Notes: a model not told the origin generated them from the sequence alone. Shown: positions 19,641 through 29,160, numbered from the stretch's first letter. The stretch is DNA of 34,259 nt from Cyanobacteriota bacterium (GCA_027483425.1 JAIXUR010000600.1:1-34259), one strand, 5' to 3'. Translations and numbers: made by a program.

Positions 19641-19787
19641 AACGTGGCGATCGCTATGGCATCCAGTTGGCAAACTGCCCCAGTCCTGATCAGCGCTCCT
19701 TGACGCTCTGGTTTAAGATTGGTCTCTGGACAGGATGGTTAAAATACCTTAACTTTCTGACTGAGTCCAAATTCTCTACACTAAGTT

Positions 19788-20102
19788 GTGCCCATGAACG
19801 TTCCCGTGGATAGCGCTACCCCCCAGGTGAGCAACCTATCGGATCAGCCCCTGCAACAATCTGGTGTTCTGGATCAACACCTGTCTAGCTCGGAGCTGCC
19901 CATAGGTGAAATAGGGCGCGAAACGGCCCCGGCGGCAGATGACAAAATTTGTTGGATCGAAGTGCGCCAATCCGCCTACCCACCCGATCAGCAGGTGGAG
20001 CTATTGCACCTCCAGGCGGAAGCTGAGGCCCTACTGTTACAGTTGCAGGCGATGCACCAGCGGCGGCAAGACGCCGTAGAGGGTGATGGAGACGCGCCCT
20101 AG
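19788..20102 (+). CDS. Hypothetical protein
   Basis: 104-aa ORF with C-terminal helical segment YPPDQQVELLHLQAEAEALLLQLQ; ATG 19794 is an alternative start. Confidence 0.6.
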   Translation: MPMNVPVDSATPQVSNLSDQPLQQSGVLDQHLSSSELPIGEIGRETAPAADDKICWIEVRQSAYPPDQQVELLHLQAEAEALLLQLQAMHQRRQDAVEGDGDAP

Positions 20103-20193
20103 GGCAGGAATTTTTTGCCCATTGGCTGAATAAAGTGCGCCACTTCTCGCAAAATTCGTTACTTTTAGGGTGAAATTGTGGGGAGATGCTGCG

Positions 20194-21045
20194 ATGACTT
20201 ACTCTGCTAAGCCTCGGCAACCGGAAGGAACTCAGCTTCAGGGTCTGGCTAACCGAAAGCTCTATGCGGCGATCGCGAGTGGTCTGCTGCTAGCCGTGGC
20301 CGGTGGTGCGGCCCTCAAGCTCACCATGGCTGGCTCTGGCGGTAGCGATGTCGCCACGGTCGATGCTACGGCCCCAGCGCCCAACGCGGCCCTCGACGAG
20401 GCCCCTGATCTGGCAACGGATGATGGCGTCATTCCGTTTCAGTCGAAACCCTTTTTAGCCGCTTCAACGCCGCTGCGCTTGGCCGATCCAACTCTGCTGC
20501 GATCGACCTCTTCCCAGACACGGGTCGACAGTGTGGCTGCTGGTCGCCCTGATCCCTTTGCTTCGATTGTGATGCCTAGCCCCAGTCGGCCCCGTTCCAA
20601 TACGGCGGCGTCAATTTTGGTTCCAGCCCCCCCGGCGATCGCCACCCAAAACCTCCCCACGGTGCCCGTCGCCGCGACCCAAGGTTTGCCCCCCCTACCT
20701 CAGACGGCGGTGACCTTGCCCACCCTGCCTGCCCCCTTTCTGCCGGGCAGTGCTCCCCCGAGCCCGACTAGCGTAGCTGTTGCGCCCACCGGTGCCGCAG
20801 CCCAAAACCTGGTTGACCAAGTGGTGGTCAGCGGCGTGGTTCAGGTGGGCAACACCGTGAGCGTGATTGTGACCGAGCCCGGCAGCACCGCGAGCCGCCG
20901 CGTGTCCCAGGGGGACATGCTGGTGGGCGGGCGGATCAGGGTCAAGTCGGTGGATATGTCTGCCCAGGAACCGGTGGTGGTACTGACCTACGATGGCAGA
21001 GACTATACCCGTACGGTGGGCGCGTCTCTGGTCAGCGCCCTGTAG
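20194..21045 (+). CDS. Membrane-anchored Pro-rich protein with C-terminal beta domain (PilP-like architecture, tentative)
   Basis: TM helix, GRPDPF motif, Pro-rich linker, VVSGVVQVG...VSQGDMLVGG.IRVKSVD beta domain; GGGAG upstream of ATG 20194. Confidence 0.7.
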   Translation: MTYSAKPRQPEGTQLQGLANRKLYAAIASGLLLAVAGGAALKLTMAGSGGSDVATVDATAPAPNAALDEAPDLATDDGVIPFQSKPFLAASTPLRLADPTLLRSTSSQTRVDSVAAGRPDPFASIVMPSPSRPRSNTAASILVPAPPAIATQNLPTVPVAATQGLPPLPQTAVTLPTLPAPFLPGSAPPSPTSVAVAPTGAAAQNLVDQVVVSGVVQVGNTVSVIVTEPGSTASRRVSQGDMLVGGRIRVKSVDMSAQEPVVVLTYDGRDYTRTVGASLVSAL

Positions 21046-21073
21046 CCAGCGGTCACCCATGACGAGTTATCCG

Positions 21074-21119
21074 CTTGGGCCCAAGCAGCGTTTAAACGCC
21101 GCTTGGGCCAAGTTTTTTT
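21074..21119 (+). terminator. Long near-perfect palindrome with T7 tail
   Basis: cttgggcccaagcagcgttt|aaacgccgcttgggccaag-ttttttt downstream of the 20194 gene. Confidence 0.75.
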
Positions 21120-21180
21120 GAGGGCGATATAGTGAGAGGAACTAGCCAAGCAGTTAGCAGATCCGATCGAGGCTTTACCG

Positions 21181-21699
21181 ATGGGTAGCGGCGATGCATT
21201 CTTGAGTCAGGGCAAGCCCCAGCGGAGGCTCAATTTAGAGGCCGGTGAGACCTACGAGTGCCCGGTGTGTCGTCACGGGCAAATTCAGCCGATGACCCTC
21301 ATGGATGCCTACGCCTGTAGCTTTTGTCGCCACATTTTTGATGTCAACCTAGACCAGCAAACGGTCCATGTGGTAGACGGGGTGCAGTCGATGGGCTGGC
21401 GGTGGCAGGGCTGGCGGTGGCAACCCCTTTACCAGGGCCGAGGCGACATAACGCTCACGCTGTGGTTGGTGGGAGTGATGCTGGTTATTTTGCCGGCGGG
21501 TATTGTGGCGATGGGCGGCTATGTGTTTCCGCCCCTGGAGGACTACTCTGGTCTGAACTGGTCTCTGGCCTGGGCGATCGCGACCCTAGCGGCCCACAGC
21601 GCCATGGTGGGTTGGCTGCTCGCCGAGCACTATCAGTTTCCCAGCTATGTGTTGATGAAAATTCGGCTCCAGCGCCTGGCCGATCGCTTACCCGGTTGA
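21181..21699 (+). CDS. Zinc-ribbon plus two-TM hypothetical protein
   Basis: CPVC...CSFC Cys pairs followed by two hydrophobic helices. Confidence 0.8.
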   Translation: MGSGDAFLSQGKPQRRLNLEAGETYECPVCRHGQIQPMTLMDAYACSFCRHIFDVNLDQQTVHVVDGVQSMGWRWQGWRWQPLYQGRGDITLTLWLVGVMLVILPAGIVAMGGYVFPPLEDYSGLNWSLAWAIATLAAHSAMVGWLLAEHYQFPSYVLMKIRLQRLADRLPG

Positions 21700-21731
21700 T
21701 TTTTCTTCGGGGTGCGATCGCTAGGGACTGG

Positions 21732-22715
21732 CTAGCAGCCACTGGCTGGAAACCAGACCAGCGGTATTTGATAGTCGTCGCGCCAGCGTACCCAGCCCTC
21801 GTTGGTGCTGGCACCGGGTAGGGGCGTACAGTTTTGCACCGGTTGGGTGACGCGCACCCGCAGCCAATCACCCACCATGTCCAGGGGCTGAATGAGGCTA
21901 TTGGATCCCACCAACGCCTGGAGGGGAGCCGTACCGTTCGGGGCTAGGCGCATGGGCTGCGATAGCCCAGGCCGACGAAATTCTATCCGGGTCGCCCCTT
22001 GCAGGTAGGTCTCCCAGGTTTCTACCGTGAGGGGTACAGCGCCCAGGCTGAGCTGGCTGGTATGGGCCCAGGCCGCTCCGGCTGGGGTGTATTGAAACCG
22101 AAACCAGCCATCGGGGCGAATTTCTAGCACTGGAAAGGTATAAACACGCCGGTCGATCGGCACCATGGAGAAGGCGGCATCGCGACCAATGGCCAAGGGG
22201 GCCGCGCCGTTAGGAACCAGCCAGCCATTGATCAGCCAGCCCCAGGAGTCACTCTCGGGACTCGGGTAAATGGGAATCGCTACCCCTCGCAGCCAGTTGG
22301 CATAGAGCAGGGGACTATTGGGCCAGTTGGCCCCGGCTAGGGAAGTGAGATCCGCAGGGCGCAGCTGCCCGACCCCTTCCGCGTTGTCGTTAGAGGTGGG
22401 GGTCAACAAAATGATGCCCCCCTGTTCAGGACTAATGGGACTGGGAATGGGTTCCGGCCAGGGAGGAACCCCCGGCTGGGCAGTTTGTTTCGGCTGGGGG
22501 GCGAGGCTCCCTGGGGTATTCCCTGGGGCGCTACCTGGGGCGCTCACGGAAGTCTCCACGGGAGTCGCCCCGGCTGACAGGGCGGCGATCGCCAGCAGCC
22601 CGATCGCCATGGGCAAGGAGCGACCCCAGGGGAGGGCGGCCATGCCCCTAGACCGCATCAACCCTTGACGGAAACCAGGTCTAACCGACGGATTGACGGG
22701 GTTAAGCTTAACCAT
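21732..22715 (-). CDS. Exported hypothetical protein with SH3-like C-terminal segment
   Basis: Signal-like helix, Pro-rich linker, GDWLRVRV...EGWVRWRD; start uncertain. Confidence 0.7.
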   Translation of the reverse strand: MVKLNPVNPSVRPGFRQGLMRSRGMAALPWGRSLPMAIGLLAIAALSAGATPVETSVSAPGSAPGNTPGSLAPQPKQTAQPGVPPWPEPIPSPISPEQGGIILLTPTSNDNAEGVGQLRPADLTSLAGANWPNSPLLYANWLRGVAIPIYPSPESDSWGWLINGWLVPNGAAPLAIGRDAAFSMVPIDRRVYTFPVLEIRPDGWFRFQYTPAGAAWAHTSQLSLGAVPLTVETWETYLQGATRIEFRRPGLSQPMRLAPNGTAPLQALVGSNSLIQPLDMVGDWLRVRVTQPVQNCTPLPGASTNEGWVRWRDDYQIPLVWFPASGC

Positions 22716-22966
22716 GGCAGTGACGTTACGGCGACATAAGAAGTGCTAAGGGTAGAGAACCTACAGGGACTACAGCGGCAATCGCGCCACGAACGTGGGG
22801 ATGGGGCTCTGGGGATGGGGAACCATCTGTCACGCCGCATGGCCGCGATCGCCCGTCTAGATAGCTAGACCCACATTTCACGCCTATTGTGCCTGACACA
22901 ACATCCCATAATTTTATCCCCGGCCTTGTCGAGGTCGCCACCTACCCACCGGCCTACGCCGATATC

Positions 22967-22992
22967 GGGCAGACACAGGGGGCTGCCCCTAC
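22967..22992 (-). repeat. GTAG-type REP-like element
   Basis: Minus strand GTAG followed by an imperfect palindrome with gggcag...ctgccc arms. Confidence 0.6.
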
Positions 22993-23004
22993 TCACACTC
23001 CCTC

Positions 23005-23982
23005 CTAAACCGCCCGCCCCCTCAGCACCGTGAGCAGCGTGAGAAAATGCTCCGGCAGCGGGGCGATCGCGATCACCTGCTCCCCCGTCGCTGGATGGCG
23101 CAGCTCTAATCGCTCGGCATGGAGGGCCTGACCGGGCAGGTTGACCCCCACAGCGCGACCTGAGCCGTAGGTGGGGTCGCCGACGATGGGGTGACCCAGG
23201 TAGGCACTGTGGACGCGAATTTGGTGGGTGCGCCCGGTCTCGAGCCGAAACCGCAGCAGCGAGAAGTTGCCCAGACGTTCGGCCATGTGCCAGTGGGTAA
23301 TGGCGACGCGGCCTTTCTCGGCGGTCACCACGGCCTGCTTTTTGCGATCGGTCGGGTGGCGGCCCAGGGGGGCATCAATGGTGCCTTGCTCGGCCTGGGG
23401 TGCCCCGTAGACGACCCCTAAATACTCTCGCCGGGCAGTTTTGGCTTTCATTTGAGCCTGTAGGCTGCTGTGGGCCAGGTCAGTTTTGGCGACCACAATG
23501 GCCCCGGTGGTATTTTTGTCGAGCCGGTGCACAATGCCGGGGCGCTGCACGCCGCCAATGCCCAATAGCTGGTCGCCGCAGTGGGCTAGCACCCCATTGA
23601 CCAGGGTGCCGCTCAGGTTGCCGGGGGCGGGGTGCACCACCAGCCCGGCGGGTTTGTTGAGAATAATCAGGTGCTCGTCTTCGTAGAGAATATCGAGGGG
23701 AATGGCCTCTGGGGCTAGATCGAGGGGAACCGGCTCAGGAATGGTGAGGTGGATGCGATCGCCCCTGTGGACCGCTACTTTTTTGTTGGTGCAGAGTTGC
23801 CCGTTGAGCTGTACGTGCTCCCAGTCAATTAATTTTTGGACATGGTTGCGAGAGAGCTGCTGAACGTTGGCCGTGAGCCAGCGATCGAGCCGCTCGGGGG
23901 CGGGGCTATCAACGGTGAGTTCGAAGGTTTGGTCAGCGATGGCTTCAGGGGTTTGCGCGGTAGGATTTCTATCATCAATCAT
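23005..23982 (-). CDS. rluD: RluA/RluD-family 23S rRNA pseudouridine synthase
   Basis: N-terminal S4-like RLDRWL, NKPAGLVVHP, HRLDKNTTG catalytic Asp, TGRTHQIRVH. Confidence 0.9.
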   Translation of the reverse strand: MIDDRNPTAQTPEAIADQTFELTVDSPAPERLDRWLTANVQQLSRNHVQKLIDWEHVQLNGQLCTNKKVAVHRGDRIHLTIPEPVPLDLAPEAIPLDILYEDEHLIILNKPAGLVVHPAPGNLSGTLVNGVLAHCGDQLLGIGGVQRPGIVHRLDKNTTGAIVVAKTDLAHSSLQAQMKAKTARREYLGVVYGAPQAEQGTIDAPLGRHPTDRKKQAVVTAEKGRVAITHWHMAERLGNFSLLRFRLETGRTHQIRVHSAYLGHPIVGDPTYGSGRAVGVNLPGQALHAERLELRHPATGEQVIAIAPLPEHFLTLLTVLRGRAV

Positions 23983-24014
23983 AGTTCGCCGTCGTCCCGG
24001 ACGAGGTCACCGCC

Positions 24015-24485
24015 ATGCCCCCTAGCCCTGGATCACCCGCTCTATCCAGTTTCAGCCCCGGCCAGCTGCGGCGCATTCACCACCTGGCCCTTAACGTGAA
24101 GGATATGCAGGCTTCGCGGCGGTTCTATGGCGGTTTGCTAGGGCTCAAAGAACTGACCGGCGATCAGGTGGATGATACCCTCAAAGACCTGGTGGCGACG
24201 GGCAAAGTCGCCAACTTTGTCACCCCCGACGGCCTGATTCTGGATTTGTTCTACGCCCCCGATTTAGATCCCCCTGACCCCGATCCAGAGAAATCCTTTA
24301 CCCGTGCCTATCACCTGGCCTTTGACATTGACCCGACCCAGTTTGACCAGGCCCTGGCGGTGCTGGCGGCGAATCATGTGGCGATCGCCCATGGCCCGGT
24401 GACCCGCCCGACCGGGCGCGGCGTGTATTTCTACGACCCCGACGGGTTTATGGTAGAGATCCGCTGTAACCCGGTCGAGGCCTAG
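24015..24485 (+). CDS. VOC (glyoxalase/bleomycin resistance) family protein
   Basis: IHHLALNV, HLAF, YFYDPDGFMVEI. Confidence 0.9.
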   Translation: MPPSPGSPALSSFSPGQLRRIHHLALNVKDMQASRRFYGGLLGLKELTGDQVDDTLKDLVATGKVANFVTPDGLILDLFYAPDLDPPDPDPEKSFTRAYHLAFDIDPTQFDQALAVLAANHVAIAHGPVTRPTGRGVYFYDPDGFMVEIRCNPVEA

Positions 24486-24488
24486 GGA

Positions 24489-24986
24489 ATGGAACTATCG
24501 AAAGACGAGCTACTGGGGGACTGGTATCGCCGCATTCGCTACGCTCAGTTTGCCCACTACGAATCGGCCAAGCTGTTTGACCGTATCAATTACTGGCTGG
24601 GCATCCCGGTGGTGGTGCTGTCTACCTTGGTGGGCACGTCGGTATTTGCCAACATTGGCCGCCTGGCGGACCCCCGGCTGCAAATTCTCATTGGCCTGGT
24701 CAGTGTAGCTGCGGCCACCCTGGCCAGTCTCCAGACCTTCTTTAGGTTTGCTGAAAAAGCCGAGAAACACCGTACGGCCGCCGCTAAGTACGGTGCCCTG
24801 CGCCGCGAGGTGGAAGAAACCCTAGCCCTGCAAACCCACACCGCCCCAGAAACTATTGTGGCGCTACGCCAGCGCATTGATCGCCTGGCCGAAGAAGCGC
24901 CCCAGATTCCCCACCGGATCTGGGCCCAGCGCCACCGGGTAACGAAGGAAGATAAAGATAGCCTGGTGGGGCTGCTGAATCGCTAG
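24489..24986 (+). CDS. SLATT-like two-TM effector domain protein
   Basis: AH..SA..F.R.NYWLGIPVVVLS TM1, TM2 ending LASLQTFF.F.EKAEKHR.AA.KY..LRRE, P.IP. Confidence 0.75.
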   Translation: MELSKDELLGDWYRRIRYAQFAHYESAKLFDRINYWLGIPVVVLSTLVGTSVFANIGRLADPRLQILIGLVSVAAATLASLQTFFRFAEKAEKHRTAAAKYGALRREVEETLALQTHTAPETIVALRQRIDRLAEEAPQIPHRIWAQRHRVTKEDKDSLVGLLNR

Positions 24987-25089
24987 GATCTGGCGCTAAG
25001 CCATACCAGCGGATTGCTATGATTGAACGGTTAGAGCTAGGGTTTTCTGCACGCAACTGTCCTCCTGTAACGCTTGAGAGATAATTACC

Positions 25090-25500
25090 ATGCGATTTAA
25101 GGCTCAATCGGGCAAGCGTGATCTTCCAGAGGTCAACTTAGTGCCCATGATGGATGTCTTGATGACGATCCTGGTGTTCTTCATCATTATTTCCATGACG
25201 GCTCAGTTTAATGAGCAGGCGGTCGATGTCAAGCTGCCGTCAACGGCGGCGGGGGCCAGCGACGTTGACCAGCCAGAGCCGCTGATTGTGGAGCTAGACC
25301 CCCAGCAGCAGCTATTTGTGGAGGGTGAGCTGGTCGATCAGGCCGCCATGGCCCAGCGGATTCAGCAGTACCTGGCTGAGGATCCCGAGGGGGTGATCGT
25401 CCTCAAGGCCGATTACCAGCTCAGCTATCAGCAAATTGTCGATGTGCTGGGACCCATGCGCGATGTGGGTGGTTCCCAGGTTTCTCTAGCCATTGAATGA
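25090..25500 (+). CDS. exbD: Biopolymer transporter ExbD/TolR family
   Basis: EVNLVPMMDVLMTILVFFII TM helix with conserved Asp; VLKAD..L.Y..IVDVL. Confidence 0.9.
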   Translation: MRFKAQSGKRDLPEVNLVPMMDVLMTILVFFIIISMTAQFNEQAVDVKLPSTAAGASDVDQPEPLIVELDPQQQLFVEGELVDQAAMAQRIQQYLAEDPEGVIVLKADYQLSYQQIVDVLGPMRDVGGSQVSLAIE

Positions 25501-25518
25501 ATAAGGGCGAACAAAAGA

Positions 25519-25564
25519 AAAGACTTGACCCCAGGTTGTTAGCACAGCCTGGGGTCAAGTCTTT
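25519..25564. terminator. Probable bidirectional terminator between convergent exbD and dxs
   Basis: aaagacttgaccccaggttgt-tagc-acagcctggggtcaagtcttt with an A-rich left flank. Confidence 0.85.
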
Positions 25565-25583
25565 GGAGGTTTACCGCTGATGT

Positions 25584-27491
25584 TTACCGCACCAGGACGG
25601 GCTTTTCGACCTGGTAGGTGGCCAGAATGCGTTCGGCCATCTGGGGCGGGGTGAGCCCTAGGGAGGCCTTCGACTGGTCGGGGGAAGCATGGTCCACCAA
25701 CACATCGGGTACACCGATCCGCAGCACCGAGGCGGGCACCTGGGCATCGAGAATAGACTCGGCAACGGCAGAGCCGAAGCCGCCCATCAGGCAGCCTTCC
25801 TCGAGGGTGACCACCTTGCCAATCTGCCGGGCCAGGGGCAGAATCAGCTCCTCATCGAGGGGTTTGGCAAAGCGAGCATTGACGACGGTGGCCTCAATGC
25901 CGTGCTCGCTGAGAATCTCGGCGGTTTGCATGGCGGGGTACACCATGGAGCCGTAGCCCAGCATCAAGACATCGTCGCCCTGGCGCAGCACTTCGGCCTT
26001 GCCAATGGGGAGCGACTCCCAGCCTTCTTCCATCAGGGGAGCACCGTAGCCGTTGCCCCTGGGGTAGCGCATCGCGATCGCCCCCTGGGTGTAGTTGATT
26101 CCGGTCACGAGCATGCGCTGGAGCTCGGCCTCGTCCTTGGGGGCCATCAACACAATGTTGGGGATGCAGCGCAGGTAGGCAATGTCGTAGAGCCCCTGGT
26201 GGGTCGGCCCGTCGGCCCCGACAATGCCGGCCCGGTCGAGACAGAAGAACACCGGCAGCTTCTGAATGCACACGTCGTGGACAATCTGGTCGAAGCCGCG
26301 CTGAAGGAAGGTGGAGTAGATGGTCGCCACCGGGCGCATGCCTTCACAGGCGAGACCGGCCGCCAGGGTGATGGCGTGCTGCTCGGCAATGCCAACGTCG
26401 ATGTACTGATCAGGCAGGGCCTGCTGGAGCTTGTCGAGGCCGGTGCCCGTGGCCATGGCGGCGGTGATGCCGACAATCTTCGGGTTGTTTTCGGCCAGCT
26501 TGATCAGGGTTTCGGCAAACACCTTGGAGTAGCTGGGGGGCTTGGGTTTGGTCGAAGGCAGGCCCTTGCCAGTCGAGAGGTTAAAGGGCGACTGGGCGTG
26601 GTAGCCGACCTGATCTTTCTCGGCGATCGCATAGCCCTTGCCCTTGGTCGTGGCCACATGAACCAGCACCGGGCCCGTGTGCTTATGGGCTTCTTTGAAG
26701 GTGGCGATCAACTCCTGCAGGTTGTGGCCATCGACGGGCCCCATGTAGGTAAAGCCCAGTTCCTCAAACACGGCCCCCACCTTGGGCACGGCCAGCCGCT
26801 TCATGCCTTCTTTCACCCGATCCAGTTCGGGAGAGAGCGACTCGCCCACAAAGGGCAGGTGCTTGAACTGCTCTTCGAGGTTGTCGGTCAAGAACTGAAC
26901 CGGCGGGCTGAGGCGCATCTTGTTGAGGTAGCGGGGAATCGCCCCCACGTTGGGCGAAATCGACATTTCGTTGTCGTTCAGCACCACCAGCAGGTTGGTG
27001 TTCGGCAGGTGCCCGGCGTGGTTGATGGCCTCCAGGGCCATGCCCCCGGTGAGGGCGCCGTCACCGATAATGGCCGCTACTTTGTAGTCATCGCCGACCA
27101 TGTCGCGGGCCAGGGCCATGCCCAGGGCGGCCGAGATACTGGTGGAGGCGTGGCCCGCGCCAAAGTGGTCAAACTTGCTTTCGCTCCGCTTGAGGTAGCC
27201 CGCTACCCCGTCTTTTTGGCGCAGGGTGTGGAAGTTATGGTAGCGACCGGTGATCAGCTTGTGGGGATAGGCCTGGTGGCCCACATCCCAGGTGACTTTA
27301 TCGCGATCGAGGTCGAGGGTTTGATACAGCGCCAGGGTCAGCTCCACCACCCCCAGCCCAGGGCCCAGGTGCCCCCCGCTAGCCGCCACGGTTTCCAGAT
27401 GCTTTTCGCGAATCTGGCGAGCCACGTCTTCTAGCTGGCGAATGGTTAGACCGTGGAGTTGATTGGGGTGAGTTATGTCACTCAGGTGCAT
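25584..27491 (-). CDS. dxs: 1-deoxy-D-xylulose-5-phosphate synthase
   Basis: [43 protein letters not shown] motif, [27 protein letters not shown]. Confidence 0.98.
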   Translation of the reverse strand: MHLSDITHPNQLHGLTIRQLEDVARQIREKHLETVAASGGHLGPGLGVVELTLALYQTLDLDRDKVTWDVGHQAYPHKLITGRYHNFHTLRQKDGVAGYLKRSESKFDHFGAGHASTSISAALGMALARDMVGDDYKVAAIIGDGALTGGMALEAINHAGHLPNTNLLVVLNDNEMSISPNVGAIPRYLNKMRLSPPVQFLTDNLEEQFKHLPFVGESLSPELDRVKEGMKRLAVPKVGAVFEELGFTYMGPVDGHNLQELIATFKEAHKHTGPVLVHVATTKGKGYAIAEKDQVGYHAQSPFNLSTGKGLPSTKPKPPSYSKVFAETLIKLAENNPKIVGITAAMATGTGLDKLQQALPDQYIDVGIAEQHAITLAAGLACEGMRPVATIYSTFLQRGFDQIVHDVCIQKLPVFFCLDRAGIVGADGPTHQGLYDIAYLRCIPNIVLMAPKDEAELQRMLVTGINYTQGAIAMRYPRGNGYGAPLMEEGWESLPIGKAEVLRQGDDVLMLGYGSMVYPAMQTAEILSEHGIEATVVNARFAKPLDEELILPLARQIGKVVTLEEGCLMGGFGSAVAESILDAQVPASVLRIGVPDVLVDHASPDQSKASLGLTPPQMAERILATYQVEKPVLVR

Positions 27492-27722
27492 ACTGCTTTA
27501 ACCTTTGCGTCACGCAATTGAGTTTTTTCCTGCTAATCTTCACTGTAGAAGATTCAACGACCAGAAACATTGAGGGTTAGGGCATTGGGCTAAGGCATTT
27601 TAAAATGCTAAGGCTACCCTAGACTAACTCCGGTGAGCTAACCCTCTATAATTAATTGATCAACAGTCTGTAACCGTTGATTACGCCCGTTAACCAAGCG
27701 ATATAACCTTTAACGTTCTGTT

Positions 27723-28247
27723 ATGGTTCATTTTCCTGCTTCTTCTACCCGTCGCCAGTACTCTGCAATACCATTTGCCGTGATCGCTGGGCTGGCGGCT
27801 CCCCTGGTGCTGTTGTCGGCCCCTCGGGCGATCGCCAGCGACTTTGAAACCTGCACCCGCAGCCTGATCGAGGCTGGCATCGATGGCTCCACCGCCGCTG
27901 GGGACTGTGGCCAGGCCCTGCACCCTACGGATCTGTCTCGCTGTGTCGTTGACATCACCAAGGACACTGACCTAGATGTTGCGCAAACCCTGGTGGCCTG
28001 CCAGAGCGATCGCCGCCCCCAGGAGCTGGCCACCTGCGTCTCCGACATCCACCAAAACCTAGCCATCGACAACTCCGCCATGGTCTTGAACAACTGCCGC
28101 CGCAGTATTCTGCCGACCCGCTATGCCGATTGCGTGGTGGGTGTGGCCAAGGCGGCGGAACTGGCTCCAGCCGACTCCATGGCCCAGTGCATGGTGGCGG
28201 GCTATCGCCCCGAGGAGTTGGCCCCTACCTTTATCTTTTCTCGGTAG
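27723..28247 (+). CDS. Exported Cys-repeat hypothetical protein
   Basis: Signal peptide; 8 Cys; three C-x5-P-x5-C repeats. Confidence 0.8.
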   Translation: MVHFPASSTRRQYSAIPFAVIAGLAAPLVLLSAPRAIASDFETCTRSLIEAGIDGSTAAGDCGQALHPTDLSRCVVDITKDTDLDVAQTLVACQSDRRPQELATCVSDIHQNLAIDNSAMVLNNCRRSILPTRYADCVVGVAKAAELAPADSMAQCMVAGYRPEELAPTFIFSR

Positions 28248-28249
28248 CC

Positions 28250-29032
28250 CTACCGTCGCCGCTCTAGGGCGGTGATGTAGTCGGGAATGGCTTCCTGGCC
28301 GACCTGGCAGGCGGTACGATCGACGGTCAGGAGGTCGTCGCCCCAAATCACCTGACCCACGGGTATGCTCTCGCCGCGATCGGGCTGCCAGTCGCGGCTA
28401 ATGAACTTGTGGGTACAGTCCACCACCCCGCCCTTGAAGAAATGGCCCAGGGTGCCGTAAACATCCTGGAGCACCAGGGGCACCGACGGGCGATGCAGTT
28501 GTCCCCGAGAGCTGATGCTGCGGGCCTTGTACCGGGCCCTGGGGAAGAGGCCATAGAGATTTTTGAGGGAGGCTGAGATCAGCGGTGTGCCCTTGAGCTG
28601 AGTGCGCTTAAAGGCGCTGACCGACAGACAGCAGTCGACCTCCTGCAACAGCTTGGGTGCCCACATCGATTTGAACCGAACCGGGCTGGGGGAACGGTTG
28701 GGGTATTCCCAGAGCTCTAGGTCGTCAGCGTTGAGCAGCTGTACCCCCTCGGACAGCAGCGATTGGACACCGACCTTGGCCATAATGGTGGCGAAGGAAA
28801 CCTTGGAGCACACCCCTTCGACGATGAAAATTTCAGCATTGGGATTGTGCTGCCGCAGCGATCGCACCACCTCCCCCAGCACCGCTAGGCTCACCGTCAC
28901 CGGGGGGCCGACCGGGTAGCCGAGATTGGGTTTAACCAAAATACGCCGGGCCTGCTGGGCCTCGGCGGGGGGGCTGTACTCAAAGCGATCGCTAGGAACC
29001 GCAACCGCCGGCAACCGGACTGTAGCTGGCAT
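28250..29032 (-). CDS. DUF362 domain protein
   Basis: ILVKPNL, IVEG, SLKNLYGLFP, LH, DLLTVD. Confidence 0.8.
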   Translation of the reverse strand: MPATVRLPAVAVPSDRFEYSPPAEAQQARRILVKPNLGYPVGPPVTVSLAVLGEVVRSLRQHNPNAEIFIVEGVCSKVSFATIMAKVGVQSLLSEGVQLLNADDLELWEYPNRSPSPVRFKSMWAPKLLQEVDCCLSVSAFKRTQLKGTPLISASLKNLYGLFPRARYKARSISSRGQLHRPSVPLVLQDVYGTLGHFFKGGVVDCTHKFISRDWQPDRGESIPVGQVIWGDDLLTVDRTACQVGQEAIPDYITALERRR

Positions 29033-29088
29033 AAAGTGGATCCAGGAATTGACGGAACAGGGGCCAGGGGCTGAGGGCTCCGGGGGGG

Positions 29089-29160
29089 CTAGCTCATGAA
29101 CTGCACCACAATGATGCCGATCGCCCAGGCAAAGAAAATCCAGGGTATTAAGCTTGTCAT
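29089..29160 (-). CDS. Putative 23-aa single-TM microprotein MTSLIPWIFFAWAIGIIVVQFMS
   Basis: ATG 29160 to TAG 29089; AGGAG 7 nt upstream; essentially fully hydrophobic; below the ORF-track length cutoff. Confidence 0.6.
   Translation of the reverse strand: MTSLIPWIFFAWAIGIIVVQFMS

Noticed and set aside
19739-19756. Possible HLR1/RpaB-like direct repeat gttaaaat-ac-cttaactt
   Set aside because: Too many mismatches to the consensus to support
25689-27434. 581-aa ORF antisense to dxs
   Set aside because: Shadow ORF produced by high-GC codon bias on the opposite strand of a clear housekeeping gene; no recognisable motifs
27670-27684. NtcA-like site gtaaccgttgattac
   Set aside because: Spacing is GTA-N9-TAC, not the canonical N8
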